DNA of 64,000 nucleotides from an uncultured virus (IMG/VR IMGVR_UViG_2061766007_000491) (Duplodnaviria; Heunggongvirae; Uroviricota; Caudoviricetes): IMG/VR virus record IMGVR_UViG_2061766007_000491; one strand, given 5' to 3'. The translations under genes and the position numbers were made by a program. Shown here piece after piece: positions 37,730 through 47,418 of this stretch; within the stretch, counting starts at the first letter, position 1; every line of letters begins with the position of its first letter. Under the pieces are notes generated by a model. That model was given only the letters and a program-made list of their open reading frames with translations. It had not been told where the DNA came from and did not search any database.

Positions 37730-40700
37730 ATGGCATCCGATAACGAGAATATAGTGAATGGTATAGTGGGACTGGTGAAGTCCGACTTGAGACCTGATAA
37801 ACTGATTGCACCTGGAACCAGTGACCATGAAGATAGAGAGTTTAAGTTTCAGAGCAGACTCTTATCGGAGCTAAGAGATATAAGAGAGGTCATCCAAGGG
37901 GCAGAAAGGCATCTACAACGCATTGAATCTCTCATAGAGGGTACTTACACCATCCAACCAAACAAAACGCCTTATAGGGCGAATACGGGCGTGGAAGTGC
38001 CTAGCTATGTGACCAAGTACACCAGAGCGGAACGGAGCCAGCCGATAGATGTAGAGGTAGTGAATGAACCGTCAGCGGTGCAGGGTGGTCGTGAGGCGCA
38101 GACGCAGACGACACCAGCGTTACCGTATGAGGAACAGAAGCTATTGGGCAATGGTGAGAACCTGCTGCCTGTATTAGCACCTGACACAGAGATTGAGGTT
38201 CAGGATTGGGATAAGGGGTTAAAGTGTTTCCGTGACATACTGAGGGTAGGGAGCAACATACTGGATATTATTAAGGATGAGTACCTTAATGATAAGAAGG
38301 ATGCAGAGGTGACGGATGAAGAGAAGGATGTGAACTCGAACCTCGCTATGGTCAAGAAGGGCTATAATGACGTGGAAGTGCCTGGTGTTCAGACCATACG
38401 CAAGAAGCGCAAGGAACCTAAGTGGTTAAAGAACATTATTGGAAGTGGTGTAGCTCTGATGGGTATGGGTGAGCTAGACGATCATTTTGGTAATGCAATG
38501 ACCGAATGGCTGTATAGCAAAGCCTCTGGGTTCAAGGATGGTAAGGATGTGCGTTACCCAGAAGGTAAGGTCAAGACCGTTAAGGCTGCACCTGATAAAC
38601 GGAAACAAGAGGAACAGGCACGGAAGGATTGGGAAGAGAGCTTTGTCTATGGTAAAGGTTATGACGCTAAGAATGATAAACGCTGGAAGGATAAAGGGCC
38701 AGTAATAGATGCGGAGATTATTGACGATGAAGCAGGTGCGAATGTAGGTGAACAGGAATGGGCTGAGGATAAACAGAATGACCATATAGCTGGGTTATTG
38801 GAAGAGATCAATGAACGAGTACAGGGCATTGACCCGATGACACCGACCCAGATGGAGGATGTACTGGACAAGCAGAGAGCGGAAGAGGATGCCGTTGCCA
38901 GCATGGGCGATAGGCTGGACGGTGAGGATATTAAGACGGATGTATATGAGGAAGGGTTTGCGAGACAGGAAAAGAACGATGACGAGAACCAGAAAGGTTT
39001 GCTGGATGCTCTGGGCGGTATAGGTGAGCTATTAAAAGCGGGTGGGCCTATTATGGGTGTGCTGAGTACAATAGGCACGACTCTGGCTGTGCTGGGTACG
39101 GCGGTGGGTGGTTTCATAGCTGGCTGGAAGTTAGAGGAATATCTGGATGCTAAGTTTGACATTGTGAATAAGTCCTTGGCTGGCATAGATAATACTCTGG
39201 GCAGTAGCTTGTTTACAACGGCAGAAGAGAAAGCAGAGAAGGAATTTGAGGCGAATAAAGGTGAGACCATGCAAGAGTTCACTGCTACAGACTATGGTAA
39301 GCAGTGGGAGAATCTACAGAGTTCACGCAGACAGTTAGCCCAGGAGAATAAGGAACTGGACGAACGTATTAAGAAGGGTGATAAGGTAGCTGAACGCCTG
39401 AAAGAAAAGAACTTACAGTGGGATAAAGAGTATTCAGAAAAGATGCAAGACCTAGCTGTGTTAAGGGATGCGTCTGAGGATGAAAACTATGAGGCGAATA
39501 TCCAGAAGGAAATAGAGGATATGAACGAAGCCTTAGAGAATGGTACATGGAACGACCTGTACGATAATCAAGGCTTTTCGTATGACTCTAAGGAGCGGTT
39601 AGAGAGTGATTTGAAGTTAAAGAAAGAGGTTCTGGACAGACTGCATAAGCTACAGCAGAAGGAGAGGGATAAAGAGATAGAGGCGAATAAGCTGAAAGAG
39701 GGTGAGGAATATGAGAAGATAAGTGAGGAATGGCCCAGCGATGAAGAATTAAAGAACGCTTGGGCTAATGCGTTACCCGATAAGAGCAGTAAAGAGCTAG
39801 AGAACGGAGAGCCGAAACTGAATCCTGTGAGTGTGCCTGGGGTTGAGGATGAAATGCTGACTGAGCTTATACAGAATAATAGACAGGATGTTACTAATAA
39901 GATGCTGTCAGAGGCGTTAAAAGAGGGGTCAGAGACACAACAGCGTGAGACACAGCACTCGAATGTAACCAGTATAAATGGGAATACGTTTGGTTTTGAC
40001 TTTTTACAGACGACTAACAGGGAAGTGAAGGAAGGAAGTAACCTGCATTTTGACCCTGAATCGAAGAGGTCGTTTGCTATTGTGTATGGTGCAGAAGCGA
40101 CCTTGCCCGACTTAGGCACGGTTAAGCCTGGTATTTATGATGAAACGACTGGACGGAGCAGACAGGATGCTATTGAGGATGTAGAGTCAAGACAGTTCCA
40201 TAATGAGAGGGCAATGCGGTTTGGAATGGATAATACGCTGAAAAGTGTGTATGACGTAACACAAGAGCCTATTGTTTCCGATATTGAAAAGGAAACAGGA
40301 ATGGTCAAACAGGGAGGTTATATCACACTAAGTAGCTCTAAACTGGATGACATTGAGCAGTCTGCTATAGATGAGTTAAAAGCGATTTACACAAAGAGGC
40401 TGGCTGGTCTGGAACAGTTACGAGAGGGTTTGGATAATCCAGAGGAAGGTACATATCTAGCGGATAGGTTGAATGATGAGTTTGCTTCTAACTATGAAGC
40501 TATGAGGATGCTGAACGGTGAACTGTCTGATGAAGGTAAGACACCGAGGTTAAGATATGAGAGGGATAAAGAAACGGGTAAGATCAGCAAGTGGGAGTTT
40601 GGTGGGTTCAATCCGATGACCGATTGGGTTCCGCAGATGGATGAAGTATTTATCCCTTCGGTACAGGAGCAGAAGCCAGAGGTACTTCCTGATAAAGAAT

Positions 40701-41281
40701 TTACAGATGATAACGTATCTTATCTGGCGAACCTGCTAGGGATGGAGCTTGAGCCTATAGAGCCTATAAAAGAGCCTGAGCCACAGTATTATGAGTGGAA
40801 CGCACCAACTAATTGGGACGAGTTTATAGAGTCACCCCTGATGCGTGATGTCCGCAAGACGGTGGGGACTATATACCCGTACAAGGGTGTGAGTGAGACT
40901 GAGCTTGGCGATTATGACATCTTAGGTAAGAAGCTGAGTGAAGGAGCTAAGTCGGGGTGGGCTGCTGCGTTGTCTAAGGCAAAAGTGAGCGAGAAACCTA
41001 TCACGTTTAGCGAGACGACAGAGGTTCCAGTGTCAGAGGGTAGTGTGGTTCAGAGCAGGTCTAAGGATGAACTGCCTGATAATCTGTCTGAGGAAGTGAA
41101 GGGGTATGAGGATAGAAAGATTGAACTATTAGAGGATTTGAATAAGAACTTAAAGAACCAGCAGAGATCAATAGTTGTAGGCGGTGGCGGTGATGGTGGT
41201 TCGGTGATGATGCCGTCTGATATGAGAATGAGCGTGGATGATGTGGGGTTGAGTTTAGTGAACATGGGATTTTTTGATTAG
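37730..41281 (+). CDS. putative tape measure protein
   Basis: 1183 aa; hydrophobic Gly/Ala segment plus coiled-coil; canonical position. Confidence 0.6.
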   Translation: MASDNENIVNGIVGLVKSDLRPDKLIAPGTSDHEDREFKFQSRLLSELRDIREVIQGAERHLQRIESLIEGTYTIQPNKTPYRANTGVEVPSYVTKYTRAERSQPIDVEVVNEPSAVQGGREAQTQTTPALPYEEQKLLGNGENLLPVLAPDTEIEVQDWDKGLKCFRDILRVGSNILDIIKDEYLNDKKDAEVTDEEKDVNSNLAMVKKGYNDVEVPGVQTIRKKRKEPKWLKNIIGSGVALMGMGELDDHFGNAMTEWLYSKASGFKDGKDVRYPEGKVKTVKAAPDKRKQEEQARKDWEESFVYGKGYDAKNDKRWKDKGPVIDAEIIDDEAGANVGEQEWAEDKQNDHIAGLLEEINERVQGIDPMTPTQMEDVLDKQRAEEDAVASMGDRLDGEDIKTDVYEEGFARQEKNDDENQKGLLDALGGIGELLKAGGPIMGVLSTIGTTLAVLGTAVGGFIAGWKLEEYLDAKFDIVNKSLAGIDNTLGSSLFTTAEEKAEKEFEANKGETMQEFTATDYGKQWENLQSSRRQLAQENKELDERIKKGDKVAERLKEKNLQWDKEYSEKMQDLAVLRDASEDENYEANIQKEIEDMNEALENGTWNDLYDNQGFSYDSKERLESDLKLKKEVLDRLHKLQQKERDKEIEANKLKEGEEYEKISEEWPSDEELKNAWANALPDKSSKELENGEPKLNPVSVPGVEDEMLTELIQNNRQDVTNKMLSEALKEGSETQQRETQHSNVTSINGNTFGFDFLQTTNREVKEGSNLHFDPESKRSFAIVYGAEATLPDLGTVKPGIYDETTGRSRQDAIEDVESRQFHNERAMRFGMDNTLKSVYDVTQEPIVSDIEKETGMVKQGGYITLSSSKLDDIEQSAIDELKAIYTKRLAGLEQLREGLDNPEEGTYLADRLNDEFASNYEAMRMLNGELSDEGKTPRLRYERDKETGKISKWEFGGFNPMTDWVPQMDEVFIPSVQEQKPEVLPDKEFTDDNVSYLANLLGMELEPIEPIKEPEPQYYEWNAPTNWDEFIESPLMRDVRKTVGTIYPYKGVSETELGDYDILGKKLSEGAKSGWAAALSKAKVSEKPITFSETTEVPVSEGSVVQSRSKDELPDNLSEEVKGYEDRKIELLEDLNKNLKNQQRSIVVGGGGDGGSVMMPSDMRMSVDDVGLSLVNMGFFD

Positions 41282-41284
41282 TCT

Positions 41285-42217
41285 ATGGCCTTTACATTTA
41301 ACGATTTATACGATGGCAGTTACTTTGAGAACCACCAAATACAGATAATCTCTGACAGGTGGACGGTGAAGGGCTTTTTGACGGATGAAGTACAGGTTGA
41401 CGGCAGGGCTTATTTCCGTGAGGAGTCCGACCCTCGTTGGCAACAGTGGCTTAATAACTTAATTAGTGCTGGAACGGGTTGGTACAATAGTGTAGGTTCA
41501 ATGCTTGGTGGTGGGAATAAGGCAACTACGGTAAGCCGACAGGTCAAGGCAGCAGCCACCACGATGGTGAACTGGCAAGGCTCTGACCAGTTCCGTTTGA
41601 ATCTGGATATGGTTTTCATTGCTACGACAAGCAATGATGATGTGAGGGTTCCAGTAAGGGCGTTAAGTGAAGCGGTGTTTCCCACGTTTGGAAGTACGGG
41701 TGGGGTAGCGGAATACATGGTGGAGTCTATGGGTGTTACAGAGTCAGGTGATACCTCTGGGGTTCGGGATAAAGCTGGGGATGCGTCTTATGAAAAGAAC
41801 ACCTTTGTGACTGTACTGAATGCGCCTTTAGGATATGAGCGTGGCAACTATGAAACACCCAAGGGCGTGATGCGTGTGATAATTGGTAAGTGGTTCAAGT
41901 CCAGCAGTATCTTTGTGTGTGAGGATAGCTCTTTCAGGTTTAGTAAAGAGGTTATGCCGAATGGGAGACCACTTTATGCTACAGGGAATGTGCAGTTGAC
42001 GACTTGCAGACCTATCAGCAGTACGGAGATTAAAGCGTGGTTGTCCAGTAATGCGAGTGTGTCCGAGCGGTTTGTGACACATGGACAGGGATATGAATAC
42101 CCACAGTGGGGTGATGTGATAAACGCTCAATCACGGGCTGCGTTGCCTGATATGAGTGACGGTAACAATAGAAAGTTTTACATGACACCACAGCCGATGG
42201 AAGGAGCTAGGTTATAG
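41285..42217 (+). CDS. putative baseplate / tube-initiator protein
   Basis: Position between the tape measure and gp53-like genes. Confidence 0.45.
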   Translation: MAFTFNDLYDGSYFENHQIQIISDRWTVKGFLTDEVQVDGRAYFREESDPRWQQWLNNLISAGTGWYNSVGSMLGGGNKATTVSRQVKAAATTMVNWQGSDQFRLNLDMVFIATTSNDDVRVPVRALSEAVFPTFGSTGGVAEYMVESMGVTESGDTSGVRDKAGDASYEKNTFVTVLNAPLGYERGNYETPKGVMRVIIGKWFKSSSIFVCEDSSFRFSKEVMPNGRPLYATGNVQLTTCRPISSTEIKAWLSSNASVSERFVTHGQGYEYPQWGDVINAQSRAALPDMSDGNNRKFYMTPQPMEGARL

Positions 42218-42218
42218 T

Positions 42219-42557
42219 ATGTATGGAATCAACATGGACGTGGACGCTAAACCACGATTTGACCTGAGACGATACTGTGAATGGAGTGAAGAGGGTGATA
42301 TGTACGATATATGCAACAGTGGTTTTGTAGCCAAGCTGGAAAAACTGCCTGTAGCGGGCGAGGTAGAGATTACAGTGGACGAGGAACGGCTGGATAACCT
42401 GAGCTATAAACTGTATGGGAGTACGCAATACTGGTGGATTTTGGCGTTGTATAACTTTATGCCAAACTTCAAGTATTTGCGTAAAGGTGTGATAATCAGA
42501 TACTTTAGGTTATCTGACTTGGAAATGATGAACATGACTTTGAAAGCGGAAGCATGA
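42219..42557 (+). CDS. baseplate wedge protein (gp53/LysM-like)
   Basis: ERLDNLSYKLYGSTQYWWILALYN. Confidence 0.85.
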   Translation: MYGINMDVDAKPRFDLRRYCEWSEEGDMYDICNSGFVAKLEKLPVAGEVEITVDEERLDNLSYKLYGSTQYWWILALYNFMPNFKYLRKGVIIRYFRLSDLEMMNMTLKAEA

Positions 42558-43744
42558 TTGATATTAAGGGACAGGTAAGGGTCGTATTCCACATAAGCGA
42601 TTGGAAGGTGGAAGGGGGTCATTGGGTGAACGTGATTGACCCTAACTTTAAGGATTTTCTGAGCTTTGAACAGCTATTGACGTTTACGATTATCGAAGAG
42701 GCAGGGAACGTACTGCCTACGTTTAGGCTGGAAATGAAGCTGATCGAGGAGGAGATCATTAAGCGGTTCAACGAGGGTTGTGTGCTGACAATGAGTTATG
42801 GGCGTGATGACCAGCACATGAAAACGAGTTATCTGCGTATCATGCGGATGGACACATACCCTGTGGGGAATATCGAGCGAGCGGTGATGCTGAGGGGGTT
42901 TGTGGATGCTATGGGGTGGCTGAATACTACACACTGTGACTATTATCCGAACATGACCGCTATAGAAGTGATACAGGCTACAGCGGGTCAGTTCTTTAGA
43001 GTAGATACGAATGGATTGGTGTCACAGGATAGAATGACGTGGATTCAGCCGAATATCAGCTTTAAGCGGTTTATCAATGAAGTGTGGATGCACATGAACC
43101 TGCCGAATGATGTGCCTCTGGTGGCTATTACAATGGATAAGCGGTTTATCGTGAAAGGTATAAATCAGTTGGAGAAGGTGGACTGGTATCTGACTTATGG
43201 CGATTTGATGAATAGAGAGAACTACATACCGTATCAGGGTGGTTATTCATTGGAAGCACGGAGTGGTTTTTTCAATAGCTGGTTTGGCTATGGCAGACGT
43301 AAAAAGGTGTTTGAGTGGGAATCGGGGAATACACAGTTTTATGAAGAGGATGCTAAGGTGTTCTTGGCACAGGCGAAGAGCTTGAACAGACAGGCGAATA
43401 TAAAGCCGAGGTACGATAATGCAAGTTTTATAAATGACAATGTGCATCCAGAGTATTGGAACGCTTTTCTGAAAAACATGGCTTATCTCGTGAGTGGGAG
43501 CAATGTGAAGCTGTCATGCAGAGTGGTGGATTATTATTTTGATGTGACTGTATTGGATAGCGTGTTGTTTCTGGATAGTATTCAGGGTGTGGGCAAAGAT
43601 CAGACTAAGTATCAGGCACAGCAGTTTGTATCAGGTCGCTATGTGGTGAGTAAGGTGGTTAGGAATATATCGAATAAGCAGTACAGCATGATGCTGGAAT
43701 TGAGCAAAGAAACCGTAAATGAAGAGAGAGGAGACCTGAGATAA
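42554..43744 (+). CDS. baseplate hub protein (gp27-like)
   Basis: 396 aa upstream of the spike gene; C-terminal SGRYVVSKV. Confidence 0.65.
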   Translation: MIDIKGQVRVVFHISDWKVEGGHWVNVIDPNFKDFLSFEQLLTFTIIEEAGNVLPTFRLEMKLIEEEIIKRFNEGCVLTMSYGRDDQHMKTSYLRIMRMDTYPVGNIERAVMLRGFVDAMGWLNTTHCDYYPNMTAIEVIQATAGQFFRVDTNGLVSQDRMTWIQPNISFKRFINEVWMHMNLPNDVPLVAITMDKRFIVKGINQLEKVDWYLTYGDLMNRENYIPYQGGYSLEARSGFFNSWFGYGRRKKVFEWESGNTQFYEEDAKVFLAQAKSLNRQANIKPRYDNASFINDNVHPEYWNAFLKNMAYLVSGSNVKLSCRVVDYYFDVTVLDSVLFLDSIQGVGKDQTKYQAQQFVSGRYVVSKVVRNISNKQYSMMLELSKETVNEERGDLR

Positions 43745-44394
43745 TGCTGGTAAACTTTTTAGAACAAGCGTGTAAGGTGGATAACTTAGCCATTCCACAA
43801 AAGGGTATCGTGATGGATAACCAAGACCCGAAGCGTTTAGGTAGAGTGAAGTGCATGGTCAGGGGTTTAATAGAAGGTGAAACACGATACTTGCCTTGGT
43901 GTTACCCAAAGAACCCGTATGGTTTAGGCGGTGGAGGAAATGAACAGCCTTATAATAGCAGTTTCAGTGTGCCAGAGGTGGGTACGGAGCTTGAGATCAC
44001 TTTTCCGTATGGGGACATTTATCACCCTATGTATAGCTGTTTCTGGCAGAGCGCAGAGACACACCAGACTGGTTTTGACAGTGATTATCCAGAGTCTTAT
44101 GGTTTTAGAGATAGTACAGGCAACTATATTAAAGTCAATAAGGCACAGGGTTACATGAAGGTGAAGCATGGGCCTAGTGGGAGTTACTTTGACATTGATC
44201 GGGATGGGAATGTGACCATACACGTTTCTGGACAGTTGCGGATTGATGTGGAGAAGGATATAATTCTCTCTGGAAGGGGTGCTTGGACTTGGTACACCGA
44301 TAAGAACTTGAAGATTGACGCTGCACGGATTGACCTGAATAAAGACCATGCACGGATAGGTGAACCTAACGAGCCATATAGAGCAATAGAGTGA
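43744..44394 (+). CDS. baseplate central spike (gp5/gpV OB-fold)
   Basis: V.DNQDPKRLGRVK, LPWC.P, VPEVGT, GD..HP; C-terminal IDLN. Confidence 0.9.
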   Translation: MLVNFLEQACKVDNLAIPQKGIVMDNQDPKRLGRVKCMVRGLIEGETRYLPWCYPKNPYGLGGGGNEQPYNSSFSVPEVGTELEITFPYGDIYHPMYSCFWQSAETHQTGFDSDYPESYGFRDSTGNYIKVNKAQGYMKVKHGPSGSYFDIDRDGNVTIHVSGQLRIDVEKDIILSGRGAWTWYTDKNLKIDAARIDLNKDHARIGEPNEPYRAIE

Positions 44395-44999
44395 CAGTCC
44401 TGAATTGGAGAAAAGAAAGGCGTTGCGTTGCGTATGCCTTAGAGGATGAGGGGATAGACTCGACTAAGAATCTATTGCTGAACCTGAAAGCGTTGCCTGT
44501 GGTTTACCCTGGATGGTGTGCAGTGGTGTTTATGAGACAGAATCATTGGGCTAAAGAACTGATAAGGTCGCTCGGTGCAATAGTGTGTCTGGAAAAGAGT
44601 TGGTCGCCTGTGCCGTTTTGGAGATTGTATGCGTTGCAGTTGAATGTGGATTATGTGCTGTTAAGGGATGTGAATAACATTGTGAATAGCAAAGAGCGGT
44701 TGATGGTCAATGAATGGTTGAGCAGTGGAAAAGCAATACATACAATGGGGAAACCGAGAATAGGCTTTATGGGAGCCAGAGGCGGGCTTTTTACGGACAT
44801 GAGGAGGCAGGTGGGTATGTTGGGGATACTCCAAAGGAATAAAAACGTCTCACAGGGCGAATTTGAGCGTTTTATGCGGGGTGTAGTGTTTGAGCCGTAT
44901 AAGGATGATACTTATAGACACTCGCATGGTATCGTGAAGCGAGTGGAATGTTCTTTGAATAGCGTGTTGTTTGGTGCATTGGATATGCGAACGGTATGA
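44391..44999 (+). CDS. glycosyltransferase-like protein, paralogue 1 (divergent)
   Basis: YPGW, FWRL, YVLLRDVN, EWLSSGK.IH shared with the next two genes. Confidence 0.55.
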   Translation: MTVLNWRKERRCVAYALEDEGIDSTKNLLLNLKALPVVYPGWCAVVFMRQNHWAKELIRSLGAIVCLEKSWSPVPFWRLYALQLNVDYVLLRDVNNIVNSKERLMVNEWLSSGKAIHTMGKPRIGFMGARGGLFTDMRRQVGMLGILQRNKNVSQGEFERFMRGVVFEPYKDDTYRHSHGIVKRVECSLNSVLFGALDMRTV

Positions 45000-45643
45000 G
45001 GAAGCTGATAAGTTATAGCTTATGTGGAAAGAACCCATTGTATTGGCTGGGGTTATTGAATAACATTAGAGTCCAGCCGTATGTGTTGCCTGATTGGGAG
45101 ATCAAGGTGTATATCGAGAGAGATCACTTTCTTATCCCGATATTGAAGGACATGAAAGTGGGTTATGAAGAGGTGGATAATACTTATGGGGGTACGTTTT
45201 GTTCTGGATGGCGGTTCTATGCGTTTGCGGAGGATGCCGATTATGTACTGGTACGGGATGCGGACAGTATAATAGGCATGAAAGACGTGTACTGTACTGA
45301 TGAATGGTTAGCCAGTGGCAAGACGTTACACAGCATAGTGGAGTTTCCGACTGCTATGCCGTTAAGCGCAGGGTGTATGGGTATAAAAGGGCGGTTATTC
45401 CCGAACATACGTTCTATGTATGACGATTATGTACGGGTGAACGGCAATAATTACAGCATAGATGAAATGTTTTTGAGGGATTACGTCTGGAATAAGTACA
45501 GGCATGATATGTTAAAGCATGGGTATTATGGTGGGGGTGAACCGATATATGCGGAAAGCAAATACCAGTACACGGGGTTTAAGGTACAGTTGAAGTGGGA
45601 TGACGTTTTTCAGTGGAAGGAGTTTGACCCTGAGAACTTATGA
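44996..45643 (+). CDS. glycosyltransferase-like protein, paralogue 2
   Basis: ISYSL.G, WRF, VLVRDADS (DxD), EWLASGK.LH, DE.FLRD. Confidence 0.6.
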   Translation: MRKLISYSLCGKNPLYWLGLLNNIRVQPYVLPDWEIKVYIERDHFLIPILKDMKVGYEEVDNTYGGTFCSGWRFYAFAEDADYVLVRDADSIIGMKDVYCTDEWLASGKTLHSIVEFPTAMPLSAGCMGIKGRLFPNIRSMYDDYVRVNGNNYSIDEMFLRDYVWNKYRHDMLKHGYYGGGEPIYAESKYQYTGFKVQLKWDDVFQWKEFDPENL

Positions 45644-46352
45644 AGCTGACCTCACGGAAAATACTGGCTTATAGCCTTTTTGGTACGCAAGAGAAGTATT
45701 GGGCGGGGTTTTTGAACGCTGTAAGGGACGCACCGAGGGTATATCCAGGCTGGCAGGTAGTGGTTTACATTGAAAAGAACCATTTTTTATTGCCTATACT
45801 GAATGAGTTGGGCATTAGCTATGAGGAAGAGGTGTTTGTGGAGGGTGATCGGTACTTAGGTTCAAGGTGGGGTGCGTTATGGCGGTTCTNNNNNNNNNNN
45901 NNNNNNNNNNNNNNNNNNNNNNNNNTTTTATCGAAACAAGGGATTGTGACTTTGTTTTGAGTGAAACAGACTATAAATGTACTGAGGAATGGGTGCAAAG
46001 CGGTTATCCAGCGCATATTATACGCTATTTTGACACGGAACAACCTATGTTCGGTGGTTTAAGCGGTGTCCGAGGTGGAATCGTTAAGGAAGTGAGGGAG
46101 TTAGCGAAGGAATACGTCTATACGAACGATATAGCGAGCGAATATCACTCGGACGAGAACTTTTTACGGGATAGAGTGGTGATGCAGTTGGGCGGTCGGG
46201 ATAAGATACTGAATCAGGGACAGCCAGACCCTCTGGGGGATAATGATAAGTTTACACCCTATCCCGAAGTGTCGGATAGACCGAAAGACTTTTTGGAACT
46301 GACTTCTATTAAGTGGTTCAAAGAGACGTTTTATAAGTATATATGCCATTAG
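45640..46352 (+). CDS. glycosyltransferase-like protein, paralogue 3 (spans an assembly gap)
   Basis: AYSLFG, YPGW and WRF before the N run 45890-45925; RDCD, EWVQSG and DENFLRD after it. Confidence 0.6.
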
Positions 46353-46630
46353 TGGTTAGACTAGGTGATTATGGTACGGGGCATGGATGTTACCCTTCGA
46401 GGCCGAACATTCAGGCTTCTCCTGATGTATTTGTGAATAACCTCGGATGGCATAGAGTGGGGGATGCTTGGGCGAGTCACTGCTGTCCACCGAGTTGTCA
46501 CGGTGGTGTACTGGCTGCGGGCAGTCCCGATGTGTTTATCAATGGAAGGGCTGGCGGTAGGATGGGCGACCCTGTGAGTTGCGGGAGCCGATGCCTACAG
46601 CATAGCCCAGATGTGAACGCTAATGAGTAG
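46343..46630 (+). CDS. PAAR-domain spike tip protein
   Basis: RLGD...H, SPDVFVN...HRVGD, VFINGRAGGRMGDPVSCG. Confidence 0.92.
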   Translation: MPLVVRLGDYGTGHGCYPSRPNIQASPDVFVNNLGWHRVGDAWASHCCPPSCHGGVLAAGSPDVFINGRAGGRMGDPVSCGSRCLQHSPDVNANE

Positions 46631-46808
46631 AACGCTGAGACAGAAACCGCATTCAAGACGGTATGAATGGTGTAACCCGCTGGGTAAGTGGATTTATAAG
46701 TGGTGTGGGGATTGTTTTTCAGAATGGTGGCTGATGAGGGGTAAATATAGGCGAAGGAAAGAGGAAAAGGATTATCGGGAAGAGATAGACGAGGCTGTCA
46801 ATGAGTGA
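46623..46808 (+). CDS. hypothetical protein
   Basis: 61 aa ORF overlapping both neighbours by 8 nt. Confidence 0.45.
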   Translation: MSRTLRQKPHSRRYEWCNPLGKWIYKWCGDCFSEWWLMRGKYRRRKEEKDYREEIDEAVNE

Positions 46809-47028
46809 GTACAGTGTGTTAGAAGAGATACTGAACGCAAGGACGTTTAAGCCCAGAGTGGTTCTAAGCCAGTCTGAGTATGACAAGTTAGATACTCTGG
46901 CGAAAAGGGATTATGAGCCAACAGAGGGGAGTCTATATTTAGAGAAGGAAGATGTGTTCCTGGAACGGAAGCGGTATTGGGATTATGAATCGGAACATTG
47001 GGATGACTGGTTGCATGAGGAAGGTTAG
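46801..47028 (+). CDS. hypothetical protein
   Basis: 75 aa ORF. Confidence 0.5.
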   Translation: MSEYSVLEEILNARTFKPRVVLSQSEYDKLDTLAKRDYEPTEGSLYLEKEDVFLERKRYWDYESEHWDDWLHEEG

Positions 47029-47030
47029 CT

Positions 47031-47417
47031 ATGGCGGTACAATATGTAAACGGAGTTTATTCAGACCTGAATCAGTTGAACGCACCTAACAATGAATTGG
47101 TGTTTGATATGGATTCAGCGTATCAGAGCATTGGCAATATCCTACAGACAGAACGAGGTGAACGGTTTTTCAGACCTGACTTCGGTGCTGACTTGAGCAG
47201 GTTATTGTTTGAGATCAATGATGCTGGCACGGAAGCAATGGTTGAAAAGATAATAGTGGACGCTATAGAACGGTGGGATGGTCGGTTGCAGGTGGATTAT
47301 GCAAGAACCAGTGTGAAGCGTGACCCCGATAATAACCAGATGACATTGAGTTTAGCTTTTAAGGTAGAGGGGTTGCCGAGGCAGACAATACAATACACGG
47401 GAGTGATTAGGAATTAG
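47031..47417 (+). CDS. baseplate wedge protein (gp25-like)
   Basis: QSIGNILQTERGERFFRPDFG..L..LLFE...AIERWDGR. Confidence 0.92.
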   Translation: MAVQYVNGVYSDLNQLNAPNNELVFDMDSAYQSIGNILQTERGERFFRPDFGADLSRLLFEINDAGTEAMVEKIIVDAIERWDGRLQVDYARTSVKRDPDNNQMTLSLAFKVEGLPRQTIQYTGVIRN

Positions 47418-47418
47418 T

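Noticed and set aside
45890..45925. Apparent frameshift in the third GT-like paralogue
   Set aside because: Coincides with an N gap; the two halves together match the full-length paralogue upstream
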